A stretch of DNA of 64,000 nt, from contig NC_086100.1 of NCBI RefSeq assembly GCF_963921235.1, forward strand, positions 200,262,001-200,326,000. Reading direction: 5' to 3'. Within the stretch, counting starts at the first letter, position 1; every line of letters starts with the position of its first letter. This stretch comes from Mobula hypostoma (Eukaryota). The notes under the pieces are model-generated. The model was not told the origin of the DNA and searched no databases. It saw only the letters and a program-made list of their open reading frames with translations. The position numbers and the translations under genes are program-made. Below are positions 24,698 through 37,090 of this stretch, in pieces.

Positions 24698-25710
24698 AGT
24701 GCTGGATCCATTGTTATTTGTCATCTATATCAATGTTCTGGATGATAATGTGGTAAATTGGATCAGCAAATTTGCTGATGATACAAAGATTGGAGGTGTA
24801 GTAGACAGTGAGGAAGGTTTTCAGAGCCTGCAGAGGGACTTGGTCCAGCTGGAAAAATGGGCTGTAAAATGGCAGATGGAGTTTAATACAGACAAGTGTG
24901 AGGTATTGCACTTTGGAAGGACAAACCAAGGTAGAACATACAGGGTTAATGGTAAGGCACTGAGGAGTGTAGTAGAACAGAGGGATCTGGGAATACAGAT
25001 ACAAAATTCCCTAAAAGTGGCGTCACAGGTAGATAGGGTCATAAAGAGAGCTTCTGGTACGTTGGCCTTTATTAATCGAAGTATTGAGTATAAGAGCTGG
25101 AATGTTATGATGAGGTTGTATAAGGCATTGGTGAGGCCGAATCTGGAGTATTGTGTTCAGTTTTGGTCACCAAATTACAGGAAGGATATAAATAAGGTTG
25201 AAAGAGTGCAGAGAAGGTTTACAAGGTTGTTGCCGGGACTTGAGAAACTCAGTTACAGAGAAAGGTTGAATAGGTTAGGACTTTATTCCCTGGAGCGTAG
25301 AAGAATGAGGGGAGATTTGATAGAGGTATATAAAATTATGATGGGTATAAATAAAGTGAATGCAAGCAGGCTTTTTCCACTGAGACAAGGGGAGAAAAAA
25401 ACCCAGAGGACATGGGTTAAGGGTGAGGGGGGAAAAGTTTAAAGGTAACATTAGGGGGGACTTCTTCACGCAGAGAGTGGTGGGAGTATGGAATGAGCTG
25501 CCAGACGAGGTGGTAAATGCGGGTTCTTTTTTAACATTTAAGAATAAATTGGACAGATACATGGATGGGAGGTGTATGGAGGGATATGGTCCATGTGCAG
25601 GTCAGTGGGACTAGGCAGAAAATAGTACAGCACAGCCAAGAAGGGCCAAAAGGCCTGTTTCTGTGCTGTAGTTTTTTTTTTCTATGGTTTCTATGGTTTC
25701 TTTTCTATGA
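24698..25710 (+). mobile_element. CR1 3' fragment (mirrored at 53993-52985)
   Basis: ORF 24699-25442 with FADD and RPNLEYC; (TTTCTATGG)n tail. Confidence 0.93.
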
Positions 25711-25729
25711 AGGTCAACATACCATACGG

Positions 25730-26477
25730 CTTCTTTTCCGAATGGCAGGTGGTGACCAGTGGGGTACCGCAAGACTCGGTGCTGGGACCGCAGCTATTTA
25801 CAATATACATTAATGATTTTGATGAAGGGATTAAAAGTAACATTAGCAAATTTGCAGATGACAAAGCTGGGTGGCAGTGTGAAATGTGAGGAGGATGTTA
25901 TGAGAATGCAGGGTGACTTGGACAGGTTGGGTGAGTGGGCAGATGCATGACAGATGCAGTTTAATGTGGATAAATGTGAGGTTATCCACTTTGGTAGCAA
26001 GAACAGGAAGGCAGATTACTATCTGAATGGTGTCGAATTGGGAAAAGGGGAAGTACAACAGGATCTAGGTATCCGTGTTCATCAGTCACTGAAAGTAAGC
26101 ATGCAGGTACAGCAGGCAGTGAAGAAAGCTAATGGCATGCTGGCCTTCATAACAAGGGGAATTGAGGGGAGCAAAGAGGTCCTTCTGCAGTTGTACAGGG
26201 CCCTGTTGAGACCACACCTGGAATATTGTGCACAGTTTTGGTCTCCAAATTTGAGGAAGGACATTCTGGCTATTGAGGGAGTGCAAGGTAGGTTCACGAG
26301 GTTAATTCCCGGGAAGGAGGGACTGGCATATGTTGAAAGATTGGAGCGACTGGGGTTGTATACACTGGAATTTAGAAGGATGAGAGGGGATCTGATTGAA
26401 ACATATAAGATTATTAAGGGATTAGACACGCTAGAGGCAGGAAACTTGTTCCTGATGTTGGGGGAGTCCAGAACCAG
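25730..26477 (+). mobile_element. CR1 RT fragment lacking its 3' end (mirrored, with 3' end, at 52960-51915)
   Basis: [14 protein letters not shown] and RPHLEYC; breaks off at GESRTR. Confidence 0.92.
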
Positions 26478-27207
26478 GCAGCATCCTATTGGGAGAAGGT
26501 TTTCTACACTTTCAATCAGCAGTTTGCTGATGAATACAGAGCAAAGCCTGCAGAGCTCGATGGAAACTGGAACATTGACTGGGATGTGGTGAGGGAAGAA
26601 ATGAACAAGACATACAAAACAAACATTCAGTCTTGGTAATGTCCCTTTAAATGGTGTTACTCAGTGAGAGGCAGACAAAGGGAAACTCTCTGTCTCGGAA
26701 GGATTGGGCAGAGTAAATCACAGTGTGTTCAAATCCAAATCGCATCACAAATCATCAAAAGGATCAGCAGAGCAGATGGAATGTTTTTGATTGATAGTTT
26801 ATCAAATCAGGGAATAATTGATGAATCAGATCAGAGATCAATGAGAAGTATTTCTGGAGGGAGTAACAGGTATCCAGAGGCTAGGGACTAAATGTGAGGG
26901 TGGAGGATGGGAAATGAGGATCTAGTGCTGGAATTGAGGTGCTTTCAGGGATGGGATCAGGGGAACTCCAAAGGGGGACTGACAGGTTGACGAGGGATTG
27001 AAGAATAGTGCGAGGAAGGATCAAGGGATATGTTGGGGAAATTGAGGGATAGAATGAGGTGGAATTGAAGGAGAGTGTGAAGAGGTGTTAAGGGATGGAG
27101 TGATGAGGGATGGGACGATAGAGTGAGGAGGGTTTGGAGGGATAGAGTGACCAGGAAGTGATTTTAAAAAAACATTTCAGAAGGTAGAGGAGATTTTGAG
27201 GGACAAA

Positions 27208-27990
27208 GCAACACTCACAAAACGCTGGAGGAACTCAGCAGGTCGGGCAGCATCCGTGGAAACGATCAGTCAATGTTTCGGGCCGGAACCCTTCGTCAGG
27301 ACTGAAGAAGGAAGGGGCAGAGGCCCTATAAAGAAGGTGGGGGGAGGGTGGGAAGGAGAAGGCTGGTAGGTTCCAGGTGAAAAACCAGTAAGGGGAAAGA
27401 TGGAGGGGAAGCAGGGAAGCACAGTTGAAGTGGGTGGCTACTGGGAGATCCTGTCTGCTTCCCATTCCCATTCAGATATGTCCATACATGGCCTCCTCTA
27501 CTGCCATAATGAGGCTAAACTCAGGTTGGAGGAGCAACACCTCATATACCGTCTAGTTAGTCTCCAGCCCCTTGGTATGAACATAGAGTTCTCCAACTTC
27601 CGGTAATTCCCTCCCCCTCCCTTCCTTCATCCCTATTTCACTCTGCCCCCTCCCCCAGCTGCCTATCACCTCCCTCATTTTTCTGCCTCGTTCTACTACC
27701 CATTGTGTTTTCCCCTATTCCTCCTTCACCTTTCCTGCCTATCACCTCCCCCACCCCTTTATCTTTCCCCTTACTGGTTTTTCACCTGGAACTGACCGGC
27801 CTTCTCCTTCCCACCCTCCCCCCCACCTTCTTTATAGGGCCTCTGCCCCTTCCCTCTACAGTCCTGACGAAGGGTTCCAGCCCAAAACGTCGACCGATCG
27901 TTTCCACGGACGCTGCCCGACCTGCTGAGTTCCTCCAGTGTTCTGTGAGTATTGCTTTGACCCCAGCATCTGCAGAGTATTTTGTGTTTA
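27208..27990. mobile_element. Penelope-like element with inverted terminal copies (minus 27208-27420, plus 27455-27990), each with a hammerhead motif
   Basis: SHSHSDMSIHGLLYCHNEAKLRLEEQHLIYRLVSLQPLGMNIEFSNFR; ~200-bp inverted repeat. Confidence 0.88.
27267..27304 (-). ncRNA. Minimal type I hammerhead ribozyme motif (best-preserved core in the window)
   Basis: CAGTC-CTGACGA-AGGG-TTCCGG-CCC-GAAAC-ATT-GACTG: stem I CAGTC/GACTG, core CUGANGA and GAAA intact. The stem III palindrome ACGT is mutated to ACAT. Confidence 0.65.
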
Positions 27991-28421
27991 TATTGAGGGA
28001 CAGTTGGAAAGTGGGATGTTCAATGTGATTTTAAAGATATATGAAGGAGCAGCAGGCTGTTCAGCCCATCAAACCGATGCTGTCATTCATTGAGGACATG
28101 GCTGATCTACATAGAGCACGTGAGAGCAAAAACAGACCCTTTGGCCCATCTAGTCCATGCCATCTACTTGCAACTGAAACATATCCCTCCAAACGGCTCC
28201 CATTCATTGTCCTCTGCAAACATCCGTTAAAAGTTACGATTAAACCCACATCTACCACTTCCACTGGCAGCTTGTTCCACACTTGCATCACTTTCTGAGT
28301 GAAAAAGTTCTCCCTCATGCTCCCCTTAAATATTTTACATTTCACCCAAAACCTAATATCAAGACACCGAGTTTCCTGCTTTCTACCTCTGTCCTTTCTG
28401 AAATGGGATCCTTACATTTGT

Positions 28422-28595
28422 AAACACAAAATACTCTGCAGATGCTGGGTCAAAGCAACACTCACAACATGCTGGAGGAACTCAGCAGGTTGAGCAGCAT
28501 CTGTGGATCCAGGGTTCTGGCCCGAAACGTTGACTGATCATTTCCACGGATGCTGCCCGACCTGCTGAGTTCCTCCAGCGTGTTGTGAGTGTTCC
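28422..28595. repeat. Fold-back pair of Penelope-type terminal fragments
   Basis: ACACTCACAACATGCTGGAGGAACTCAGCAGG.. and its reverse complement ..CCTGCTGAGTTCCTCCAGCGTGTTGTGAGTGTT flank a partial hammerhead (GGG..CCCGAAACGTTGACT). Confidence 0.8.
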
Positions 28596-28679
28596 TTACA
28601 TTTGTAGTTTTCCAATCAGCTGGGCCCATTCCAGACTCTGGGAAATCCTGGGACATCCCAGCAAACTGGAACTCCAACA

Positions 28680-31035
28680 CTGGAACATGGAACAGTGTGT
28701 CACAGTACAGGCCTTTCCCCCATGAGATTGTGCCAACACTTTAAATAACTCCATGATCAATCTAACCCCTGCCTCCATTTTTATGTCACCCATGAGCCTA
28801 TCTAAGAGTCTATTAAATGCCCCTAACCTATTTGCCCCTACCAAGTCCCCGGGGAGTGTTCCACACACCCACCACTTACCTCTCCTCTATTTCCTCCCAA
28901 GACTTTAGACTTACGCCCCCTCGTATTACCCATTTCTGCCCTGAGAAAGTCTCTAACATTTACCTTGTACACCTTCATCAAATCACCTGTCATCCTCATT
29001 GTCTCCAAAGAGAAAAGCCCTAATTCATTCAGACCTGTCCTCATAAAATATGTTCTCTAATCCAGACAACATCCTGGTTAGTCTCCTCAGTACCCTCTCT
29101 AAGTCTTCCACATCTTTCCTATAATGAGATACCAGAACCAATCATGATATTCCGAGTTTACTGAGCTGCAACATGATCTTGTGGCTATTCAACTCAATAT
29201 CCTGATGAATAAAAGCCAACCCACCATAAATGTTCCCTCTAATTTTTAGTAGTCAGTGCGTGCAAAAATCTTACGTTGTGCTATTTTTGTTTCCTGTGAC
29301 CAAAATATGTGTGCACTGAATGCACACATGGCACAGTTTATGTAGGTTGACAAAATATTTGACATAAAACTGCACAGAATAACAACAAAATAACATACCT
29401 ATTTAAGTCACTCAGTTAGTTCTTCTTTCTCCTGTCTTTGGCATTTACTGATTCTTTGTAAACTCTATCTAGACTAATAGAACTTCCATCCAATTGATAG
29501 CTTTTGATTCTCATTAATATACCCAAATGACATTCACCTAAACGGTTTCTCAGCTCGTTTTTGAGTTGATTCATTAGGCTAAATCCTCGCTCACAGTCCG
29601 CACTAGACACAAGAACGGTTCCCCCAATGTCCATCAACTGTGCAAGGTCGCAAAACTGTTCATTTTGAAGTACAAATGCCACCATTTGTGCAAAGTTCGA
29701 AATTGGTTTGGATTTAATTTTTTTCTTGCTTGGAAAATTTGAAATCATTAAACTGTCTAACCATTAAAGTATTTTCAGCTAGAAAATCATGATATTTGTT
29801 CATCGCCAAATGTGAAGTCACAATCTGCAATTGTGGAGAAATCAAAGGCTGACCATTCTTGTACCTCAGCTTTGATCTCCTCTGGGTTTGATCGTTTTCG
29901 CTCTCGCTCACCTGCACTCAACCGTAACATGTGTAGCACTCCTGTAACGGGTAATGACGGGTTCTGTTGCCTGAGTTTTTGTACACCGTCCAAATGTGAT
30001 TTATTTGCCAAATGATGCTTCAAAAAGTCAACTTTCCGAATCATACATAAATATTTCCCGTAGCTGAACATTCATGATCTCAGGAGCTTTCAGTGCAACA
30101 GTTTCTACTATTTTGTTAAGCCATTCAACTTTAAACAAACTTGCAGTTCTTTTGTGCTTCACGCCCTTCACTTCTTTTGAATTCAACATAGTGAATCAAT
30201 AACTTTTTCCAATAAAAACTTAGTAAGCTATCTACAGGATTTGAAACAGATCTTTGTAAACTTTACGATATGACCACTGTCGCCAAAGGTGGCTGCCGCC
30301 GTGATGCAGCTGTACAAACTGGAACAGGATAGGTGAGGTGACGTGAATTAGTGACGTGCATTGTGGAATTTGAAAAACCAACTAACTAGTTAACAGAAAC
30401 AGTTAGCTAAAAGATTATTTTCAATAAGTGTATTATTAATTACTACATTATTTTAGGTAACTAACCTTTTGTGTGCAAATTAATTTCCTTTGTGCGCTGG
30501 TTGAAAAAACGTGTGTGTGTGCACACACTCACAGCTTAGAGGGAAGTATGCCCACCATACAGCTTCTAAAGAACCCAGTTAACTAACGGCACCTTTGGAT
30601 ATGGACCCCGAGATTCCTCCGTTCCTTGACACTGCTCTGAATCCTGCCATTACCTCTGCATTCTGCCTTGAAGTTCGACCTTCCAGAATGAATCACTTGA
30701 CACTTTTCTGGACTGAAGTCCATCTGCCTCTTCTCAGTCCTGCTCTGCGTCCTGTCAATGTCCCATTGTAAGTTACAGCAACCTTCTGCACTATTCATCC
30801 ATCCAACAAACTTCATGTCATCTGCAAAATTACTAACCCAGCCATTCACTTCCTCATCCAAGTTCTTTACAAAAATGACAAAGAGCAGGGTTCCCACAAC
30901 ACCACTGGTCACAGATCTCCAGGCAGATTACGCTCCCTCTACTCCCACCCTTTGCCTTCTGTGGGCAAGCCAATTCTGAATTCAAGCAGCCATGTTTCAG
31001 TTCCCCTAACTCCTGGCCTTGTGAATGAGTCTACA
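28680..31035 (-). mobile_element. Degenerate CR1 3' half interrupted by a hAT element
   Basis: NFADDMK (30583-30912) and ELGLFSLE (28838-29044); the sequence rejoins across the hAT as KLYGGLAF. Confidence 0.85.
29228..30550 (-). mobile_element. Internally deleted hAT DNA transposon (ZNF862-like transposase remnants)
   Basis: TIR core TTCCCTCTAA / TTAGAGGGAA; perfect 8-bp TSD CCCACCAT (29220-29227, 30551-30558); hAT dimerisation motif SSADCERGFSLMNQLKNELRNRL. Confidence 0.92.
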
Positions 31036-31244
31036 TGGGGAGAGGGAGGGGAACAGGGAGAAGCAGGAGGGAGGTGGAGGGGGAGTGGGGCAGTGGAGGG
31101 TGGAGTGTGGAGACGGAGGGGAGAGGGTGAAGGGTAGAGGTTGGAGGGGGTAGGAGGTGTGTGAGAGAAAAAGTTTGGGATCTGGATGCTGGGAAGATTT
31201 CAAGAAACATTCTCCTGAGGAGAGGGACGGGATCTCTCACCAGT

Positions 31245-32025
31245 CAAATGGCGCTGAGCTGTGATCTCTGTCGAGGTCATGGCTCAGACGTAGATGATTT
31301 TGCTTTGCTTCTTGGATTTCTTTAGTGTTTGTTTTTTTGGGGGTCAGATGGGGATTTGGGGTTAGGGTTTAGGGACACGGAGCCGGTGTTGAGAGTCCAG
31401 GTCAGAGCACTCCACAGTCAAAGGTCAGTTTGGCAGGCAGCGAGGATGGAGGTTAGTAATCCCAGTCAGTGAGTCTTGGGTTGTAGTCCATCATGGCAGA
31501 GGAGACCCACAGGTCAAAAGTCTTGTGATAAATGAGTCGTGGGGTCAATACCCAGAGGATGGAAACACCAGTGGGCATGGCCCAAGGATGAAGTTCAAAT
31601 ATCAGAAAGTCCGTAGAGTGATGTCTAAAGGTCAAACACCAAAGCTGGTGGGTCTGGAGGTCAAGGTCTGAAGGTAGAAGCCCCAGGGTTGCCCTGTCTG
31701 GCGATCAAGGACAATATCTGTGAGTCCATGCCAGGGACTGGAGGCTGGAGGACCAATATCTGTAAGTCAGAGTCTGGGACCAAAGAAAAGCTGCCTCTGT
31801 GTGTGAAGGGGAGGGGTCGGGTGTGGAAAAGGGGCTTGTTTTGCTGTTATTGTTGTTGCTGCCGGTTGTATTTTCCTGCTGAACATTGGGTTTGCTCTCT
31901 TGGCACCGGAAAGTCTGGTGACGCTGGTGAGCTGCCTTCAGCACATCCTTCAGTGTGTTGGCTGTGAATGTAAACACACATTTCACTGTATGTTTCAATA
32001 TAGATCTGATAAATAAATGTGAATG
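31245..32025 (+). repeat. Non-coding interspersed repeat of uncertain class (mirrored at ~49880-50610)
   Basis: Starts AAATGGCG.. and ends ..CATTTCACTGTATGTTTC..TGATAAATAAA, resembling a LINE-type 3' end; no credible ORF. Confidence 0.4.
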
Positions 32026-32489
32026 TCTGAGAGCTTTGGGAAGAAATGTATAAAAAGGTGCCGGACAAGATCACCGACAGCACTGACTCTGGAGACAACC
32101 AGTGAAGAAGACCCTGATCCAGGGACTCGGAGAAGAACTCACGGTGAACCCTGGCCAGGTTCATCTGGGGTGGGGAACACCTGAACAGGGGCGCTGGGTC
32201 TTGGGAGTTGTGAAAGTAAACTAAAGAGATGTGTAACTAAATAGTTAACGTTTGAATTGTGTAATTACTCCTTGAACAAATCCTGATCAATAAAGACAAC
32301 AGTTATTGGGCAGTCATCGTCTGGTATGTTCTATCATGTGTTTAACTGGGAATAGGGTTCACCAGTGAAGTTCACTTTGTGATCAGAGAGCAGTGGAAAT
32401 GTCGAGCTAAATGTGAGTCAAAATACAATAGTCCAATCCTACAGGACGTGCATTCAGGTGGGGTGGGGGTGGAGTTTAAAGGAGATGAG

Positions 32490-33100
32490 TCTGAGATTCA
32501 GTATTTGGGAGAGATGACAAACAATAACGGACCCAGCAGTGATCCCTGTGACACTCCACTAGTCGCAGGGCTCCAGTCAGAGAGTAACCATCCACTACCA
32601 CAAAGCCAATGTCCAATCCAATTTACTACCTCATCCTGAATGCTGAGTGACTGAACTTCCCTGACCACCTTGTCAAATGCCTTGCTAAAGTCCACGTGGA
32701 CAATATCCTCTGCCTTGCTTTCATCAACTTTCCTGGTATCTCCCTCGAAAAACCCCATAAGATTGGGTAGACATGACCTACCACACATGAGGTCATGCTG
32801 ACTCCCTCTAATCAGTCCATGTCTATCGTAATACTCACATCCGGTCCCTCAGAATACCTTCCAATAACTGTCCTATTACTGATGTCAGGATCACCAGACT
32901 GTAATTGCCTGCTTTAATTTTAGAGCCTTTTTAAATGTGGAACAACATTAGCTATCGTCCATTAGCACCTCACCTGTCACTAAGGATGATTTAAATAGCT
33001 CTGCTAGGGTCCCTGCAATTTCCGCACTTGCCTCACACAGGGTCTGCAGGAACACCTTGTCAGGTCTTGGGAATTTATCCATCCTAATTTGCCTCAAGTT
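32490..33100 (-). mobile_element. Degenerate CR1 RT fragment
   Basis: GRSCL.NL..FFE, DFSKAFDKV and GVSQGSLLGP. Confidence 0.85.
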
Positions 33101-33639
33101 CAAATGTTCAAAGTTCACAGGTACATTTTGTTATCGAAGTACGTACATTATACACCCTTGAGATTCGTCTCCTGACAGGCAGCCGCAAGCAAGACAGCAA
33201 ACACCCTCTCCACTGTAATCTGTTGTGGGTTCATGAAGTTGATGCTGCTTTGTCTCACTTCCGGACTCTGTGTCCATCTCCTGAGTAAATACAGACACAA
33301 AAAATGCATTAAAAATCTCCCCATCTCTTTTGGCTCCACGTTTGGATTACCATTCTGATCTTCCAGAGGTTCAATTTGTCCCTTGCAATCATTTTGCTCT
33401 CAACATGTCTGTGGAATCCAAAAAGACCATAGATATAGGAGCAGAATTAGGCCATTTGGCCCATCGAGTCTGCTCCAACATTTAATCATGGCTGACCCTT
33501 TTTCCATCTCAGCCCCAATCTCCTGCCTTCTTATCAGAGTAGTCTTGAGACAGGGTGGTAAGGCTTTGGTGAGAACATGTGGAGGCAAGGTAAGTAGGTA
33601 AGTTCATTCCTTATTTCTTATTCAACACTAGAGAGAATA

Positions 33640-34540
33640 GGGGGTATGTCCACAGAGCAAGTGTTCTCTTCTGGGTGTCAAATGTGGGATTTCCAGGAGA
33701 CTTCCAGAGTCACCAGGATGACAGTTGTGGGATTTCGAGGAGACTACCAGCCTCTCTCATGGCCACACTTGTGCCAGGTGCATCGAGATGCAGATAGGGA
33801 CCGAGTTAGGGAACTGGAGCTGCAGCTCGATGACCTTTGTCTTGTTCGGGAAGTGGGGCAGTGTTATACAGGAATTACAGGGAGGTAGTCGCCCCGGGGC
33901 CACAGGAGACAGATAAATGGGTGACTTTCAGGAGAGAGAAGGGAGAACGTCAGATAGTGGAGAGCACCCCTGTGGCTGTCCTCCTCAACAATAAGGCCTC
34001 CATTTTGAGTACAGTTGGGGGGGATGCTCTAAGTCGGGGAAGCAACAGTGGCCATGCCTCTGGCACTGAGTCTGGCCCTGTGGCTCAGAAGGGAAGGGAA
34101 AGGAAGAGGAAGGCAACAGTAATCAGAGACTCTATAGTCAGGGGGACGGATAGGCGATTCTGTGAACACGAAAAGGAAACACGGATGGGTGTTTGCTTCC
34201 CAGGTGCAGGGTCCGAGATGTTTCTGGACGCATCCACAATATCCTGAAAAGGGAGGGTGGACGGCCAGAAGCCGTGGTACATATTGGTACCAGTGATAGA
34301 GGAACAAGAAGAGAGCTCCTGAAAAACGAATACAGGGAGTTAGGAAGGAAGCTAAGAAGCAGGACTTCAAAGGTAGTAATCTCGGGACTGCTGCCTGTGC
34401 CATGAAACAGTGAGGATAGGAATAGAGTGAAGTGGCAGATAAACGCGTGGCTGAAGAATTGGAGCAGGAGGCAGGGATTCAGATTTTTGGATAATTGGGA
34501 CCTCTTCTGGGGCAGTTGGGACCTGTACAAAAGAGACATG
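33640..34540 (+). mobile_element. Degenerate CR1 ORF1 (zinc finger / leucine zipper / SGNH esterase)
   Basis: GCQMW..HTCARC..DRVRELELQLDDL; VI(G)DSIVRGTDRRFC; VHIGTSD; VVISGLLPVP. Confidence 0.88.
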
Positions 34541-34599
34541 ATGGAATGGCGGAGCTGACTCGATGGGCTGAATGGCCTAATTATGCTCCTATTTCTTAT

Positions 34600-35010
34600 G
34601 ATCTTATGGTCTTCTTCCTATGCTCCTTTATGCCCTGATGGATCAAGAATCTATCATCCTCTGTGTGAAATATATGTAAAGTATTGACCTCCACGCTATC
34701 AGTGGCAATGACTTCCACAGTTCCACCACTTTCTGGCTAAGGAAAGTCTTCCTCATCTCTGTTCTAAGAGAATGTTCTATGCTCTGAGGCTGTGCGCTCT
34801 AGTCTTAGACTCTCCCACCATGGGAAACACCTTCTCCACATCCACTCTATCAAGGCTTTTCACCATTCAGTAGGTTTCAATTAGGTCATCCCTCATTCTT
34901 CTGAATTCCAGTGAATACAGGTCCAGAGCCATCAAACACTCTACATATGACAATCCATTCAATCCTGGAATCAATTCTGAGAACCTCCTTTGAACCCTCT
35001 CCAACGTCAG
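34600..35010 (-). mobile_element. CR1 3' fragment
   Basis: LERVQRRFSELIPGL..LYSLEFRRMR. Confidence 0.8.
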
Positions 35011-35011
35011 C

Positions 35012-37090
35012 ACTAGGGGATCAGCTATTCTAGATTTGGTGTTGTGCAATGAACCAGAATTGATTTGGAGAGTTTATGGTAAAATAACCTGTAACGCACT
35101 GTAAGGATTCACTGCTAATGTAATGGTTTCTCTGTAATGTTCAATGCTAGGGTATTGCTTTCTCTGTAGCAGCAAAGTTAGGTTTGTGGCTGGAGACAAC
35201 AGAACTGTGGTATGCATGTTAGCCAATTGGAGATTGTTGCTTTGTCTTGTGTATCTGGAAGGATGTTTTCTCACTGTCTTTTGTTGAGGAGAGATGAAGA
35301 GGGAAGACGTGTGTGGAGAGAGTTGGTAGATGACCGGACGGAGTGGACGGGGATCTGAGGGTCTGAGGATCGGCGATGCTCGGAGGAGACTGGTGGTGGA
35401 AGAATGACTACTGAGTGAGCTCCAGCATGAAATGTTGACTTGAATTGGGCCCTTTTTTTATTTTCATTACTCACCCTATATTCAGGTTAAGATTCATAAA
35501 GTTCCATCAGTTAATTATATTTGGTGTACTGCTAGATATTTTGCGTTGTGGGTTTGTAACTGCGGGTACATTACACAGCACCCACACAAACATGATTTCC
35601 CAGTTTGACGGGGCCGAAGGCTGTTTCCCCTCGATGAACATGAGCTGGGCTAGCCTGAGGGTTACAAACCATTAGGGTAAAGTGATCATAATATGATTAA
35701 ATTCACCCTGAAATTTGAGAAGGAGAAGCTAAAGTTAGATGCATCAGTATTACAGCGGAGTAAAGGAAATTACAGAGACATAAGAGAAGAGCTGGTCAGA
35801 ATTAAGTGGAAAAGAACACTGGCAGGGATGATGGCAGAGCAGCAACGGCTGGAATTTATGGAAGCAATTCGGAAGGCACAGGATATTTTCATCCCAAACA
35901 AAAAGACGTATTCTAAAGGCAATATGACACGACCATGGCTAACAAGGGAAGTCAAAGCCAACGTAAAAGCCAAAGAGAGGCCATATAATAGAACAAAAAT
36001 TAGTGGCATGTTCGATTATTGGGAAGCTTCTAAATACCAACAGAAAGCAACTAAAAAGGTCATTATGAGGTAAAGATGGAATACGAAAGTAAGCAGACAA
36101 TAACATTAAAGAGGATGCTGGTAGTTTCTTCAGATACATAAAGTGTAAAAGAAAGGTGAGAGTGGACGCTGGAAAATGATGCTGGAGGATAGTAATAGGG
36201 GACAAGGAAATGGTGGATGAACTGAATGAGTATTTTGCATCAGTCTTCACTGTGGAAGACACTTGCAGTACGGTGAAAGTTTCAGGTGTCAGGGGGCATG
36301 AAGTGTGTGGACTTACCATTTCTAGATTGTAGGTTCTTGGGAAACTAAAAGGTCTGAAAGTAGATAAGTCATCTGTAACAGATGGTGTACATCCCAGAGT
36401 TCTGAAAGAGGTGGCTGAAGAGATCGTGGATGCATTAGTAATGATCTTTCAAGAATCATTAGCTTCTGGAATGGTTCCGGAAGACTGGAAAATTGCAAAT
36501 GTCACTCCACTCTTCAAGAAGGGAGAGAGACAGAAGGAAAGAAATGATCAGCTATGTTAGTCTGAGCTCAGTGGTTGGGAAGGTGTTGGAGCCAATTGCT
36601 AAGGATGTGATTTTGGAGTATTTCGAGGCACGTGATAAAATAGGCTGTAGTCAGCATGGCTTTTCCAAGGGAAAATCTTGCCTGACAAATTGGTTGGAAT
36701 TCTTTGAAGAAGTAACAAGCACGATAGGTAAACCAGAACGGGTTGATGTTGTGTACCTAGGTTTTTAGAAGGTCTTTGACAAGGTGCCACACATGAAGCT
36801 GCTTAACATGCTATGAGCCCATGGTATTAAAGGGAAGATTCTAGCGAGGATTAGGCAGTGGCTGATTGGCAGGAGACAAAGAGTGACAATAAAGTAGCAT
36901 TTTCTGGTTGGCTGCCATTGACTGAGGAAGTACTGAGGGGTCGTTGTTAGGACCAATTGCTTTTATGTTATATGTCAATGATTTTGATGATGGAATTGAT
37001 GGCTTTGTTGCAAAGTTTCCAGATGCTATGAAGTTTGGTGGAGGGGCAGGTAGTTTTGAGGAAATAGGAAAGCTACAGAAAGTCTTGGAC
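35012..37090 (+). mobile_element. Degenerate CR1 ORF2 interrupted by a solo LTR
   Basis: TRGSAILDLVLCNEP, SDHNMI, PWLTREVK, QHGF and FDKVPH. Confidence 0.88.
35090..35666. mobile_element. Solo LTR (577 bp)
   Basis: Termini TGTAAC...GTTACA; 4-bp TSD AACC (35086-35089, 35667-35670); CR1 sequence resumes on both sides. Confidence 0.88.

Larger units (their letters stand above)
24470..26750 (+). pseudogene. Extra GVIN 3'-end fragment (CPFCG region at 24470-24697; last codons + 3' flank at 26477-26750) split by two CR1 insertions
   Basis: KIEELSVKPREELLKGLFNCTKKCPFCGVFC..HRPEG..MEICTASV, then AASYWEKVFYTFNQQFADEY...NIQSW* ending at 26639, followed by a second copy of the post-stop sequence. Confidence 0.85.

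Noticed and set aside
31689..32164. ORFs conserved between the arms (also 49747-50222)
   Set aside because: Identity is at DNA level in all frames because of the duplication, and there are no recognisable protein features.
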